From: Polynucleobacter necessarius
GTDB lineage: Bacteria; Pseudomonadota; Gammaproteobacteria; Burkholderiales; Burkholderiaceae
Assembly: GCF_900095195.1 (NCBI RefSeq)
Contig: NZ_LT606950.1
Span: forward strand, 366,164-398,163
DNA: 32,000 nt
Direction: 5' to 3'
Positions 18,116 to 28,822 of this stretch are shown one piece after another (within the stretch, counting starts at the first letter, position 1; each line of letters starts with the position of its first letter). The notes below the pieces were generated by a model that saw only the letters and a program-made list of their open reading frames with translations, searched no databases and had not been told where the DNA came from. Both the position numbers and the translations under genes were made by a program.

Positions 18116-19152
18116 CTATCGTTTCTTATTGGCAAATACATCAATCGCGATTTGATCGTAAATATCGCCGTCATCAAATTGTTCTTTTTGAGCCTTTTTC
18201 CAGCCACCAAAAACGGCATCGACAGTAAATGTTTTTACGGGCGGGAAGTTGCCACCATATTTTTTCGTAATTGCGGGAGTAGGGTTATTTGGGCGGAAGT
18301 AGTGTTTAGCAATAATCTCTTGCCCATTTTCTGTGAACAAGAAATCTAGATACGCTTTTGATAGTTTCTCGGTACTATGCTTTTTGGCATATTTTTCAAC
18401 AACCGCCACAGGAGCTGGTGCTTCGATCATGATCGATGGATACACCACATCAAATTTTCCTGCACCAACTTCTTTATTGATCAGCTCAGCCTCATTTTCA
18501 AAGGTGATGAGAGCGTCGCCAATATCACGCTGGGTGAAGGTGGTCGTTGCGCCTCTGCCACCACCAATCGAGGATTGGTACATTTGTAAAGAGGTCGCGC
18601 ACAAACTCTTTTGCTTGTTTCTCGCTCTTGGTCTTCTGGAGCGCATAGCCATATGCTGTTAAATAGGTATAGCGACCATTTCCAGAAGTTTTAGGATTCG
18701 GAATAATGACTTGTGTGCAGGCTTGGTTAAGCCTGACCAATCTTTAATATTTTTTGGATTCCCTTTGCGCACCAAAAAGACGGTTACAGAAGAGTAGGGT
18801 GCAGATTGCTTCGGAAACGCGTTGCGCCAATTTGGATTCACTAAATTGCCACGTCCAACCAAGATATCGATATCTGGCGATTGATTCATGGTGACAACAT
18901 CGGCCTCAAGACCGCCAATAATTGCGCCAGCTTGTTTGCTGGACCCGCCATGGGATTGATTGAGGTTGGAGCTGTTCCGGTTTTGGCTTTCCATTCGGCA
19001 GCAAATACTGGGTTAATGTCTTTGTAGAGTTCGCGAGAAACGTCGTATGAAACGTTCAAAATCGTATTGGGGTTTTTGGTTTGTGCAAAAGCACTGGCTC
19101 CGATTAGGGCACAGATTGCAAAAAGACTGCTGGTTTTAGTAGTGAATTTCAT
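18116..19152 (-). pseudogene. sbp: periplasmic sulfate-binding protein Sbp/CysP, at least 3 frameshifts
   Basis: Four successive track ORFs in different frames tile one Sbp. They are: signal peptide + ILNVSYDVSRELYKDINPVFAAEWKAKTG; NQSHGGSSKQAGAIIGGLEADVVTMNQSPDIDIL...FLVRKGNPKNIKDW; TQVIIPNPKTSGNGRYTYLTAYGYAL; GGGRGATTTFTQRDIGDALITFENEA...FGGWKKAQKEQF. The frame switches lie near 18970, 18718 and 18565. Confidence 0.9.
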
Positions 19153-19386
19153 GATGTTCCAATGGGTTTATTAAAAGTGAAATCTACTAAATAGTAGCTT
19201 AATATTGTCAAACCGACTTGGGAATCAAGAACATTTGCTAAGTAATCCTGCTCTAAGAATATTCAGTTAAGGTTTGGGGTGTGTTAATAGCGTTTTTGGT
19301 TATTAGCTTATTCATAGAGCTTCTTTTACAAAGGAATTCGTCTCGCCTAAGATGTAGGCACTTATGACCCTCCATAATTAGGAATT

Positions 19387-20362
19387 TTGATGACCTACTT
19401 CACTGATAACTCCCAAGCTATTTGTCGCACACTGCTAGTGAGATTAAATCGCGTTACTGACGGCACAAAGGCTACGGTGCTGGCAAAAATTGAAGGCCGC
19501 AATCCAGCTTACTCCGTGAAATGTCGTATTGGTGTGGCGATGATTAACGATGCTCAAGAGAAGGGTCTTCTCGGCCCTGGCAAGGAAATCGTAGAGCCAA
19601 CATCGGGTAATAGGGGTATTGCGCTGGCTTTCGTTGCCGCAGCGCGTGGCATCCCGCTTACGCTCACTATGCCAGAAACAATGAGCTTGGAGCGTCGCAA
19701 ACTCCTGACAGCATTAGGCGCCAAGATCGTGTTAACTGAAAGTCCGAAAGGGATGAATGGTGCCGTTGCCAAGGCAAAAGAAATTGCGGAATCGGATCCC
19801 AATAAATATGTTTTGCTTCAGCAATTTAGCAATCCCTCGAATCCAGCGATTCATGAAAAAACGACTGGTCCTGAAATTTGGGAAGATACAGACGGCAAGA
19901 TCGATGTCTTCGTTGCTGGTGTTGGAACAGGCGGTACTATTTCTGGTGTGGGCCGTTACATCAAAAATGAAAAGAAAAAGACTATTGAAGTGGTTGCAGT
20001 GGAGCCAACTGCAAGTCCAGTAATTACGCAAAAACTGAATGGCGAAGAAATTAAACCCGCACCACATAAGATCCAAGGTATCGGCGCCGGGTTTATCCCC
20101 GACAACATCGATTTATCGGTGGTGGATAAGGTTGAGCAAGTCAGCAATGAAGGGGCCATTGAGTTTGCTCGCCGCATCGCCAAAGAAGAAGGTATTTGGT
20201 GGGCATCTCTTGTGGTGCCGCCACCGCCGTCGCAGTCCGCCTAGCCAAAAAGCCTGAGTATGCTACAAAACTATTGTGGTTGTTCTGCCAGATGCGGCTG
20301 AGCGCTACTTGAGCTCCGCACTATTTGAAGGCGTCTTTGATGAAAAAGGATTGCCCGCATAA
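19387..20362 (+). pseudogene. cysK: cysteine synthase A (O-acetylserine sulfhydrylase) CysK, frameshifted twice near the 3' end
   Basis: The PLP-Lys motif [11 protein letters not shown] and [10 protein letters not shown] are present. The substrate loop TSGNTG is TSGNRG (AGG 19612-19614). IGxTPLV is ICRTLLV. A base is missing in the T-run 20195-20197 and another in the A-run 20267-20270. The corrected frames read [29 protein letters not shown]-(T)IVVVLPDAAERYLSSALFEGVFDEKGLPA to TAA 20360-20362. Confidence 0.85.
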
Positions 20363-20387
20363 CTTAACCTCAGTTATTCCAGCGAAA

Positions 20388-20416
20388 TAAAAAGGCACCA
20401 AGCGGTGCCTTTTTAT
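20388..20416. terminator. bidirectional rho-independent terminator between cysK and lysS
   Basis: AAAAAGGCACC-AAGC-GGTGCCTTTTT, a perfect stem flanked by A and T runs. A second imperfect hairpin follows at 20422-20454 (ATCAGAATCAGAT / ATCTATTCTGAT). Confidence 0.75.
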
Positions 20417-20465
20417 TTCTCATCAGAATCAGATTAATTCGGATCTATTCTGATCTTTAGCTTCT

Positions 20466-22022
20466 TTACTCTTCCTCGCGACGCAAATGAGGGAAGAGAA
20501 TCACATCGCGAATATTGGGTGCATCGGTTAGCAGCATAACTAAGCGGTCAATGCCAATACCACAACCACCAGTAGGAGGCATGCCGTATTCGAGGGCGCG
20601 AATGAAGTCGTGATCGAAATACATGGCCTCTTCATCACCTGTTTCTTTTTGCTCAACTTGCTTGCGGAAGCGATTGGCTTGATCTTCAGCATCATTGAGC
20701 TCTGAGAAGCCGTTGGCTATCTCGCGTCCGGTAATAAAGAGCTCAAAGCGCTCGGTAATGCCTGGGCGTGTATCAGACTCTCTGGCTAGTGGGCTTGCTT
20801 CGATAGGGTAGTCAATGATGTATGTAGGCACCCAAAGGTGCTCCCCAGCAACCAATTCAAATAAGGCTAATTGCAAAGCACCGATACCCGTGTTCTTGAG
20901 CGTTGGAGAATCTGGGTTCTCGCCACCTTTTTTCAATTCAGCACGAATGAACGCAGCATCTTCTAACTGAGCAGCTTCATAGTTTTTACCAGATTGAGCG
21001 CAATATTTCAGAATCGCTTCATTGATGGTGAGGCGTTGGAAAGGCTTGCTTAAATCGAGTTTACGACCTTGGTGGGTCAAGACAGCAGTGCCTTGCGCGT
21101 CAATCGCTGCAGCGCGAATCAGCCCTTCCGTGAAATCCATTAACCAGCGGTAATCCGTATAGGCCGCATAAAGCTCCATCATCGTAAATTCGGGGTTGTG
21201 GCACGGGCTGACACCTTCATTACGGAAGTTGCGGTTGATTTCAAAGACACGCTCAAAGCCACCAACAACTAGACGCTTAAGATATAGCTCTGGGGCAATG
21301 CGCAAGAACATTTGCATGTCGAGCGCATTGTGATGCGTAATGAACGGTTTTGCTGCTGCGCCACCAGGAATCGGGTGGAGCATCGGTGTTTCAACTTCCA
21401 TAAAGTCAGCATCAAGCATATGGCGACGGAGTGATGCGATGGCTTTACTGCGGGCCTTAAAAGTCTCGCGACTTTCTGGATTAACAATCAAATCCACATA
21501 GCGTTGGCGATATTTTGTTTCGAGATCGGAGAGGCCGTGGAACTTGTCTGGTAATGGACGCAATGATTTGCTAAGTAATCGCAACTGATTGCATTCAACG
21601 GAGAGTTCACCCTTATTGGTCTTAAAGAGGTTGCCCTCAGCAGAGATAAAGTCACCCATATCCCAGTGCTTAAAGGCGCCATGCGTATCCGCACCGGTTA
21701 ATTCATCGTTTATGTAGAACTGAATTTGGCCGCTACGATCTTGAATCGTCGCAAAACTGGTTTTACCCATGACACGTTTCAGAACCATACGGCCAGCTAC
21801 TTTGACATGAATCTTTTTGGCAGCCAATTCTTCTTTGGTCAGGCTGTCATAGTGTGCATGTAAGTCAGCGGCCAGATGGGTGGGCACGAAGTCATTTGGA
21901 AACGCAACGCCGTTTTGGCGCAACTTAGAAAGTTTTTCGCGACGTTCAGCAATGATGTGATTCTCATCAACGGCTTCTGTGGCTGGAGGTAAATTCGTTT
22001 TATCGTTCATAAGGTTTGACAT
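20466..22022 (-). CDS. lysS: lysyl-tRNA synthetase (class II)
   Basis: 518 aa with [20 protein letters not shown] (motif 2) and [15 protein letters not shown] (motif 3). Its ATG overlaps the prfB stop by 1 nt (TAATG). Confidence 0.9.
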   Translation of the reverse strand: MSNLMNDKTNLPPATEAVDENHIIAERREKLSKLRQNGVAFPNDFVPTHLAADLHAHYDSLTKEELAAKKIHVKVAGRMVLKRVMGKTSFATIQDRSGQIQFYINDELTGADTHGAFKHWDMGDFISAEGNLFKTNKGELSVECNQLRLLSKSLRPLPDKFHGLSDLETKYRQRYVDLIVNPESRETFKARSKAIASLRRHMLDADFMEVETPMLHPIPGGAAAKPFITHHNALDMQMFLRIAPELYLKRLVVGGFERVFEINRNFRNEGVSPCHNPEFTMMELYAAYTDYRWLMDFTEGLIRAAAIDAQGTAVLTHQGRKLDLSKPFQRLTINEAILKYCAQSGKNYEAAQLEDAAFIRAELKKGGENPDSPTLKNTGIGALQLALFELVAGEHLWVPTYIIDYPIEASPLARESDTRPGITERFELFITGREIANGFSELNDAEDQANRFRKQVEQKETGDEEAMYFDHDFIRALEYGMPPTGGCGIGIDRLVMLLTDAPNIRDVILFPHLRREEE

Positions 22023-23126
22023 TAAACGCCTTGCTTTAGGCTGGCTTCAATAAAGGCATCAAGATCACCATCCAAAACTTTTTGGGTGTTGGAGATCTCA
22101 ACGTTAGTGCGTAAATCTTTAATACGACTTTGATCTAAGACATAAGAGCGGATTTGATGGCCCCAACCGACATTGGTCTTGCTCGTTTCCAACTTATCCT
22201 GCTCTGCACGACGCTTTTGCATTTCATGTTCGTACAGGCGTGACTTGAGCATGCTCATTGCTTCAGCACGGTTGCGGTGTTGGCTTCGATCATTCTGGCA
22301 CTGAACCACAATCCCAGTCGGAATGTGGGTTAAACGGACCGCAGAGTCTGTTTTGTTAATGTGCTGACCACCTGCACCCGAAGCGCGATAGGTATCAGTA
22401 CGAATATCCGCAGGATTGACTTCAATCTCAATCGAGTCATCAATCTCGGGATACACATAGATCGAGGCAAATGAGGTATGACGTCCGTTAGAGGAATCAA
22501 ACGGGGATTTGCGCACTAGACGATGTACCCCAGTCTCTGAACGAAGATGACCGTATGCATATTCACCATCGACTTTGATCGTCGCGCTCTTGATGCCCGC
22601 GACATCACCATCAGATTCTTCCAGAATTTCAGTTTTGTAACCCTTACGCTCGCAGTATTTCAGATATTGACGATAGAGCATTCTGGCCCAATTACAGGCC
22701 TCGGTGCCACCAGCACCTGCTTGGATACCAATAAAGCAATTGCATGAGTCCATTTCGTTATGAAACATGCGACGGAATTCGAGGTCATTAATGATCTTGC
22801 TGTAACCCTCAACATCTTGCTCAATGGCGGCGATAGTTTCAAAATCACCCTCGTCTTTGGCCATATCAAAGAGCTCAATAGCTCCAGTGATGTTGTTGTT
22901 TAAATCCGTTAAAGTCGCAACCACGCCATCGAGCAATTTTTTTTCTTTGCCCAGCGCTTGCGCTTTCTTTTGATCGTCCCAAATGGAGGGGTCCTCTAGG
23001 ATCGCCTTAACTTCAGTAAGGCGACGCGACTTGACGTCGAAGTCAAAGATACCCCCGAAGAGCTTGCTCGCGTGTGAGCAGATCGGACAAAGTATTTGAA
23101 ATAGTATTTAGTTGTTCAGCTTCCAT
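22022..23126 (-). CDS. prfB: peptide chain release factor 2, requires programmed +1 frameshift
   Basis: Frame 0 from ATG (complement of 23124-23126) reads [27 protein letters not shown] then TGA. The +1 frame continues [22 protein letters not shown]... into the 304-aa track ORF. The SPF and GGQ ([16 protein letters not shown]) motifs are present. Confidence 0.9.
23042..23048 (-). promoter_or_regulatory. prfB autoregulatory +1 frameshift site CTT TGA C with upstream SD-like CGGGGG
   Basis: Reverse strand reads CGG GGG TAT CTT TGA C, matching the canonical E. coli AGG GGG TAT CTT TGA C. Confidence 0.9.
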
Positions 23127-23167
23127 CCCCTAATTATAAGGGGGTTATTGGGGTATAACCTCTGAGG

Positions 23168-24931
23168 CTAATTGCTTGCTGGACTATCGTCGTGGGCTTC
23201 AATCATCAACTGCACCCGTGCTTGGCCCTGATAGCGATCGGTGACGAGGCGGTAAGCAAGCCTTGCTTTGGGCGGCAGGGTTTTGGTGCGATTAAACCAA
23301 ACGGCGGTTAGTGGCGAACCTGGTGACTTAGCCCCGGTACTTTCTCCCAACGGACGAACTTGAAGACGCAGGTGTTTCTCTTTCATGAGGCTTTGTTGCG
23401 CAATTTCAAACTCACCATAGAAAACCGGTTGTGGAAAGCCTTGTCCCCATATTTCTTCTGCGAGCAGATCGCCAATCTCGGGGGTAAATTGCGAAGGAAG
23501 GAGGGCGCCATCGTGCGGGTGCCGTCGCTTAAGGATGTCGTCGGTTAATAGGCTATTAGCCACCTCCTGAAAGCAGGCATCAAACCTTTCAAAATCATCT
23601 TTGCGAATGGTCAGGCCTACCGCCATGGCATGACCCCCAAATTTGAGAATCAGGCCAAGTTCTTTTTTGGACACCACATCCAGTGCATCGCGCAAATGAA
23701 ATCCAGTCAGCGATCTGCCAGAGCCACGAAGTTCTTCTCCTAAATTACCATCTGGTGCAAAAACAATTGCAGGTCGATTAAATCGTTCTTTCAAGCGTGA
23801 CGCCACAATTCCAACAACACCTTGGTGCCAATTTGGGTTCCATAAGCAAATACTGGTGCGTTGCTCTATCGATCCAGATAACTGCTCCTCAGACAGGTGA
23901 GCTAATGCCGTTTCTTGCATGCCACTCTCAATAACACGGCGTTCGCGATTAATGCGATCTAGTTCTTGCGCCAATGTCACGGCTTCATCCACGCTATCCG
24001 TCAGCAATAAACGGATGCCAAGCGTCATATCCGCTAAACGCCCAGCTGCGTTTAGTCTAGGACCAATTGCAAACCCGAGATCAAAGGTATTCGCCTTACA
24101 AGGATCTCTGCCTGCTGCCTGAAAAAGTGCCTGCATTCCAGGCTGCGCAATTCCAGCGCGAATACGTTTTAAACCATTGGATACCAAGATGCGATTGTTG
24201 CGATCCAGTTGAGCAACGTCTGCAACCGTACCTAATGCCACGAGATCTAACAGGTTTTCTACTTTTGGTTGTGTTTCGTTGGTAAATTTGCCGCGTTTGC
24301 GTAGCTCAGCACGCAATGCCACCAAAACATAAAACATGACGCCAACACCAGCAAGTGCTTTACTTGGGAATGTGCAGCTTGGTTGATTGGGATTCACAAT
24401 CGTGGCGGCCTTTGGTAAACGATCGCCAGGTAAATGGTGGTCGGTGACAATCACTTCCATGCCTAATTCACGAGCACGGTCTACACCTGCTTCACTAGCT
24501 ATCCCGTTATCGACAGTTATGAGGTATTTGGGTTTCGGAATTTGTTGTGCAGCCAACTCTACTACCTCGGGAGTCAGGCCGTAACCCATCGTAAATCGAT
24601 TCTGGACCAGAAACTGAATTGGGGTATCAGAACCCCCAAGCATCTTTAAGCCCCGCAGACCTACTGCACAGGCGGTAGCGCCGTCACAGTCGTAATCTGC
24701 AACGATCAGCATAGGTTCTTTTTTCTCCAAAATATCTGCCAACAGGCTGGCGCTACTCAGGCAGTTCTTCAGTTCAGTAGGCGATAAAAGATTCTTTAGT
24801 TCCAATGAAAGTTCATCTGGAGATGTCAAGCCACGAGCAGCATATAGTCGAGCCAGCAAAGGATGCAGACCACTTTGCTCAAGCCAAGTAGCAGTGCGCT
24901 CAAAAAATGTTCGTTGAGAAAAAAGGCTCAT
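23168..24931 (-). CDS. recJ: single-stranded-DNA-specific exonuclease RecJ
   Basis: 587 aa with DHH-family motifs VADYDCDGATA, VDNGI and VTDHH, plus the GGHAMA DHHA1 motif. Confidence 0.9.
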   Translation of the reverse strand: MSLFSQRTFFERTATWLEQSGLHPLLARLYAARGLTSPDELSLELKNLLSPTELKNCLSSASLLADILEKKEPMLIVADYDCDGATACAVGLRGLKMLGGSDTPIQFLVQNRFTMGYGLTPEVVELAAQQIPKPKYLITVDNGIASEAGVDRARELGMEVIVTDHHLPGDRLPKAATIVNPNQPSCTFPSKALAGVGVMFYVLVALRAELRKRGKFTNETQPKVENLLDLVALGTVADVAQLDRNNRILVSNGLKRIRAGIAQPGMQALFQAAGRDPCKANTFDLGFAIGPRLNAAGRLADMTLGIRLLLTDSVDEAVTLAQELDRINRERRVIESGMQETALAHLSEEQLSGSIEQRTSICLWNPNWHQGVVGIVASRLKERFNRPAIVFAPDGNLGEELRGSGRSLTGFHLRDALDVVSKKELGLILKFGGHAMAVGLTIRKDDFERFDACFQEVANSLLTDDILKRRHPHDGALLPSQFTPEIGDLLAEEIWGQGFPQPVFYGEFEIAQQSLMKEKHLRLQVRPLGESTGAKSPGSPLTAVWFNRTKTLPPKARLAYRLVTDRYQGQARVQLMIEAHDDSPASN

Positions 24932-25926
24932 GTCGAAATTATTTCATTCCAAGTACGTAATTTAGGTTTCTTCCAAAAGACCCACGATTTCAGAAATATG
25001 TCTTTTGCTGTGAAGACTCTCTCACGCACCTTGCCATGCTGAAAATCGATGAGTAAAAATTCATCTAGATGTTTTTGGGAGAGTGCCTTGCAGAGGACTG
25101 GCCAAATAGGTTCTGGCTGATCCAGCCAGGCAAATACTCCAGCAAGAGTATCAGTAGTGATAGTTTGAAGATTGTGGCTACAGGGAATGTCGCAATATTT
25201 TGCGAGACCTTGTAATATAGGATGCTCGCCATAAATCCGTTTTGCCTCCGTAAATGATTTCGGAGCCCGCACGTCATTGAGTTTCCCAATGCCGCTGATC
25301 CACAAAGAATTAATGTTCGGGAGACCGCGTTGCTCACGTGCCTCATTGGTAGGATCAATATGCCAGAGCATCTGAATTTCATTTTGCAATTTGCGCCAAC
25401 GTTTAGCGATGCCCTCTTCATCAGAGTCGCGCGGCATCCACCAGTCAATATTGCGGCCATGGGCTTGATCAATGCTGTGTGTGGCCAAACTGGAGAATGG
25501 ACCTGCGGCAATAAACCAGTATTGCTTGTCATGAAATAACACTGGCCCTTGAAAATCTTCCTCGAGCAAGGGTAAGGCGGCTTTCAGAAACTGGGAGGAT
25601 TCACTTTCGGTCAGATCAATCTGATTCTGATTCATCAAAATGAGGTGGTCTCGTGTAGCGTGCAAATGAACAGGCTGTAGGCAAGCGATAGTTTGTTCAG
25701 GATTCACGGCTACAGATGACTGGCCCAATAGCAAAACTGTAGCAATCGGAACCCGCTCCCCCAGCAAGAATCGTTCATGCGGAAGCCCCTGTGGTGGTTG
25801 GCTACTCTGGCTTTGTCCCTCCAGAACATCCTCTCCCGAAAGCATGAGGGTAAAGCGCCGAAGCTTGCTTTGGGCGCTTTGGGTTGTGTGGGCAGGAATG
25901 TTCATTCCCCTGATTTTATGAGGCAT
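24928..25926 (-). CDS. conserved hypothetical protein, translationally coupled to recJ
   Basis: 332-aa ORF. Its TGA overlaps the recJ ATG (ATGA at 24928-24931). No motif recognised with confidence. The position upstream of recJ recalls the recJ-adjacent proteins annotated 'RpfE-type regulatory protein' in Xanthomonas and beta-proteobacteria (memory only). Confidence 0.55.
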   Translation of the reverse strand: MPHKIRGMNIPAHTTQSAQSKLRRFTLMLSGEDVLEGQSQSSQPPQGLPHERFLLGERVPIATVLLLGQSSVAVNPEQTIACLQPVHLHATRDHLILMNQNQIDLTESESSQFLKAALPLLEEDFQGPVLFHDKQYWFIAAGPFSSLATHSIDQAHGRNIDWWMPRDSDEEGIAKRWRKLQNEIQMLWHIDPTNEAREQRGLPNINSLWISGIGKLNDVRAPKSFTEAKRIYGEHPILQGLAKYCDIPCSHNLQTITTDTLAGVFAWLDQPEPIWPVLCKALSQKHLDEFLLIDFQHGKVRERVFTAKDIFLKSWVFWKKPKLRTWNEIIST

Positions 25927-25965
25927 TTCAATATTCCATCGGTTGACTGTGCAATTGTCTAAACT

Positions 25966-27234
25966 GTGGCTATGTTGAGACTTCCCATTGAGCTAGAAAT
26001 CGGCCTGCGCTATACCCGTTCCAAGCGTCGTAAGACGGTTGGCAAGCGTGATGGCTTTCTGTCCTTTATTTCTGGAATCTCTACTGTGGGCATAGCACTC
26101 GGAGTGGCTTCTTTGATTGTCGTCCTCTCCGTCATGAATGGCTTTCAGAAAGAGGTGCGCGATCGTATGCTCTCCGTGTTATCCCATGTTGAGATTACTG
26201 CCCCTGATGGTTTGGCTAATTGGGAGCCTTTGGCGCTGAAGGTTGCTGCGCAACCTCATGTGATTGGGGTTGCACCGATGGTGAGTTCGCAAGGCCTGCT
26301 CACACGTGACAACGTGATGCGAGGGGTGGCGATCCGTGGAATTTTGCCAAGCGAAGAAGGTAAGGCATCTGATTTACCCAAACAATTTGTTGCGGGAAGT
26401 ATTGACGACCTTAAGCCAGGGAGTTTTGGTGTTGTATTAGGCGCTCAACTTGCGTCATTGGTTGGCGCTCGTGTAGGGGATCGTATTAATCTGATTGTTC
26501 CTGAAAGTGATTTGACTCCAGCAGGTGCGATGCCTCGGATGCGCACGCTGCAAGTGGTTGGTATTGTGGACAGTGGTCATTATGAATATGACAGCTCACT
26601 AGCCATCCTGCATTGGAAAGATGCCGCAGCCCTGTTTCGCTTGCATGATCCATCTGGCTTGCGGGTTAAGTTGGATGATATGCAGCGTGCTCCAGAGGTT
26701 GCGAATGCGCTGGCTGCTGTCGTTCCTCAAGCTCTTTGGGTAAGCGATTGGTCGCGTTCGAATCGCAATTGGTTTGCTGCTGTGCAAACGGAAAAGAAAA
26801 TGATGTTCATCATCCTGACATTGATCATCGCAGTGGCTGCATTTAATTTAGTGTCGACTCTCGTAATGACTGTGAACGAAAAGCAAGCGGATATTGCGAT
26901 CTTGCGAACAATGGGTGCTAGTCCAGGACTCATTCAGAGAATATTTTTGGTGCAAGGTTTGGCAATTGGATTATTAGGTTCCCTAGCAGGTGTTGGCTTG
27001 GGATTATTAATCGCACTTAATATCGATGTCATCGTTCCTGCCATTGAGGCGATCTTCCGAGTGCGTTTCCTGCCGCGTGAGGTGTATTTCATTAGTGAAT
27101 TGCCATCTGATGTCCGAATGGGTGATGTGCTCACAGTGGGTCTGATGGCATTTGGTTTGTCAGTGATCGCTACCTTGTACCCGAGCCGTCGTGCGGCAAA
27201 GGTCCAGCCAGCGGAGGCTCTGCGATATGAGTGA
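25966..27234 (+). CDS. lolC: lipoprotein-releasing system permease LolC/LolE
   Basis: 422 aa with the FtsX-like topology: N-terminal TM, a large periplasmic loop and three C-terminal TMs. It has the start LRYTRSKRR and is followed by lolD. The start is GTG 25966 or ATG 25972. Confidence 0.85.
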   Translation: MAMLRLPIELEIGLRYTRSKRRKTVGKRDGFLSFISGISTVGIALGVASLIVVLSVMNGFQKEVRDRMLSVLSHVEITAPDGLANWEPLALKVAAQPHVIGVAPMVSSQGLLTRDNVMRGVAIRGILPSEEGKASDLPKQFVAGSIDDLKPGSFGVVLGAQLASLVGARVGDRINLIVPESDLTPAGAMPRMRTLQVVGIVDSGHYEYDSSLAILHWKDAAALFRLHDPSGLRVKLDDMQRAPEVANALAAVVPQALWVSDWSRSNRNWFAAVQTEKKMMFIILTLIIAVAAFNLVSTLVMTVNEKQADIAILRTMGASPGLIQRIFLVQGLAIGLLGSLAGVGLGLLIALNIDVIVPAIEAIFRVRFLPREVYFISELPSDVRMGDVLTVGLMAFGLSVIATLYPSRRAAKVQPAEALRYE

Positions 27235-27919
27235 GATGACGAACGTTCTGATTTCTAGTGGGTTGGCAAAGACCTATGGTCAAGGAGCGACTGCGGTTGA
27301 AGTGCTGAAGTCTGTAGATTTGTCTGTTGCTTCTTCTGAGAAAGTCGCGATTGTGGGCTCCTCGGGTTCGGGTAAGAGCACCTTATTGCATTTGCTGGGT
27401 GGCTTAGATACTCCTAGCGCAGGATCAGTCATCCTAGACGGCGCCAATATAAACCAATTGTCTGTGGCGAAATTGGACCGCTTGCGTAACCAGCGTTTGG
27501 GTTTTATCTATCAATTTCATCATCTCTTGGATGAATTTAGTGCAGTCGAAAACGTAGCCTTGTTATTGCGTATTCGCGGTTTGGAAAACGACGAAGCAAT
27601 GGATCATGCTAGCGCGATGTTAAAAGCTGTCGGCTTGGATAATCGCGCATTGCATACCCCTGCTGAATTATCTGGCGGCGAGCGTCAGAGAGTTGCTGTT
27701 GCAAGAGCCCTAGTTGGAAATCCCATCTGCGTACTAGCAGATGAACCCACAGGTAATCTTGATACTGAAACAGCAGATGGCGTATTTGATTTAATGTTAG
27801 AGATTGCGCGCGAGCAGGGTACCGCGTTTGTGATTGTTACCCATGATCCAGTGCGGGCAAAGCATTGCGATCGTATTCTGCATCTTGAGCGCGGTGTTTT
27901 AAAGACCTTTGCTGAATAA
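27227..27919 (+). CDS. lolD: lipoprotein-releasing system ATP-binding protein LolD
   Basis: Walker [10 protein letters not shown], signature [15 protein letters not shown] and Walker [14 protein letters not shown] 27227 overlaps the lolC stop (ATGAGTGA); the track's upstream start at 27191 is unlikely. Confidence 0.9.
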   Translation: MSEMTNVLISSGLAKTYGQGATAVEVLKSVDLSVASSEKVAIVGSSGSGKSTLLHLLGGLDTPSAGSVILDGANINQLSVAKLDRLRNQRLGFIYQFHHLLDEFSAVENVALLLRIRGLENDEAMDHASAMLKAVGLDNRALHTPAELSGGERQRVAVARALVGNPICVLADEPTGNLDTETADGVFDLMLEIAREQGTAFVIVTHDPVRAKHCDRILHLERGVLKTFAE

Positions 27920-27938
27920 GACAAAGGCGACCGATCCC

Positions 27939-28751
27939 ATGTGGATTGATACTCACTGCCATTTAAATGCGCCCGAGTTCTCGGGCACATTGCCAGCGAT
28001 TATTGCGGCAGCGAAAGAAAAAAATGTTCGCGCAATCTTGTTGCCGGCTGTAAGGGCAGCGGACTTCCAGAATGTCAAAGTGCTTAGCTCCCAATATCAA
28101 GATGACATTCCAGGCCTTGTGTACACATTGGGTATTCATCCGCTATATACCAATCAAGCGCATGAGCAAGATATCCAAATTTTGGATGAACAAATACGGC
28201 AATCTTTAGCTGATCCACGATTTGTGGGGATCGGAGAGATAGGCTTAGATTATTTTGTCGAGGGCTTAGACCCCCATAAACAAGACTATTTTTTTCAAGC
28301 GCAATTGGATCTTGCTCAGCAATACCAACTACCTGTGATATTGCATGTTCGTCGCTCGCAGAATGCCATCCTGAAGGCGCTCAGGCGACGTAATATTGCT
28401 GGCGGAATTACTCATGCATTTAATGGGAGTTTTCAGCAAGCAGAGCAATTTATAGATCTTGGCTTTAAGTTGGGATTTGGTGGTGCTGCGACGTATGAGC
28501 GAGCCTTGCAAATTCGAAGACTATTAACCGAGTTTTCGCTAGAGAGCATTGTGACGGAGACGGATTCTCCTGATATCCCGCCGGCTTGGTTAAAGCAAGA
28601 GGGAATTCTATGTAATGAGCCTGCCTTTATTGCCAGAATAGCGAATGCCCTGGCTGCCATTCGGGGTGTTGGTGAAGAGGAATTTGCATCGACAGTCTGG
28701 CAAAACGCTATGAAAGTTCTGCCTCGCTGGGCAACTGCTTGTGCTCTTTAA
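27939..28751 (+). CDS. TatD-family metal-dependent hydrolase/DNase
   Basis: MWIDTHCHL, GEIGLDY, ILHVR and ETDSP motifs. ATG 27939 is preferred over the track start at 27909, which overlaps lolD. Confidence 0.85.
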   Translation: MWIDTHCHLNAPEFSGTLPAIIAAAKEKNVRAILLPAVRAADFQNVKVLSSQYQDDIPGLVYTLGIHPLYTNQAHEQDIQILDEQIRQSLADPRFVGIGEIGLDYFVEGLDPHKQDYFFQAQLDLAQQYQLPVILHVRRSQNAILKALRRRNIAGGITHAFNGSFQQAEQFIDLGFKLGFGGAATYERALQIRRLLTEFSLESIVTETDSPDIPPAWLKQEGILCNEPAFIARIANALAAIRGVGEEEFASTVWQNAMKVLPRWATACAL

Positions 28752-28757
28752 TTATTA

Positions 28758-28822
28758 AAGTTGGCTGGGCTAGTAGACTCATAATCCTTTGGTCCCAGGT
28801 TCAAGTCCTGGTGGGCCCACCA
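28758..28822 (+). pseudogene. tRNA-Ile(CAU)/tRNA-Met-like gene fragment: intact 3' half, degenerate 5' half
   Basis: GACTCATAATCC-TTTGGTC-CCAGG-TTCAAGT-CCTGG-TGGGCCC-A-CCA gives an anticodon loop with CAT (28780-28782), a perfect T-arm, an acceptor 3' strand and an encoded CCA. It closely resembles E. coli ileX as I remember it. The complementary 5' acceptor strand GGGCCCA and the D-stem are absent, and the anticodon stem has 2 mismatches. Confidence 0.55.

Noticed and set aside
25065-25532. 155-aa minus-strand ORF and other nested ORFs inside uvrB, hscA, lolC, recJ, lysS, prfB and cysK
   Set aside because: They are alternative-frame or antisense ORFs wholly contained in genes with strong family motifs. 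There is no independent evidence for them.
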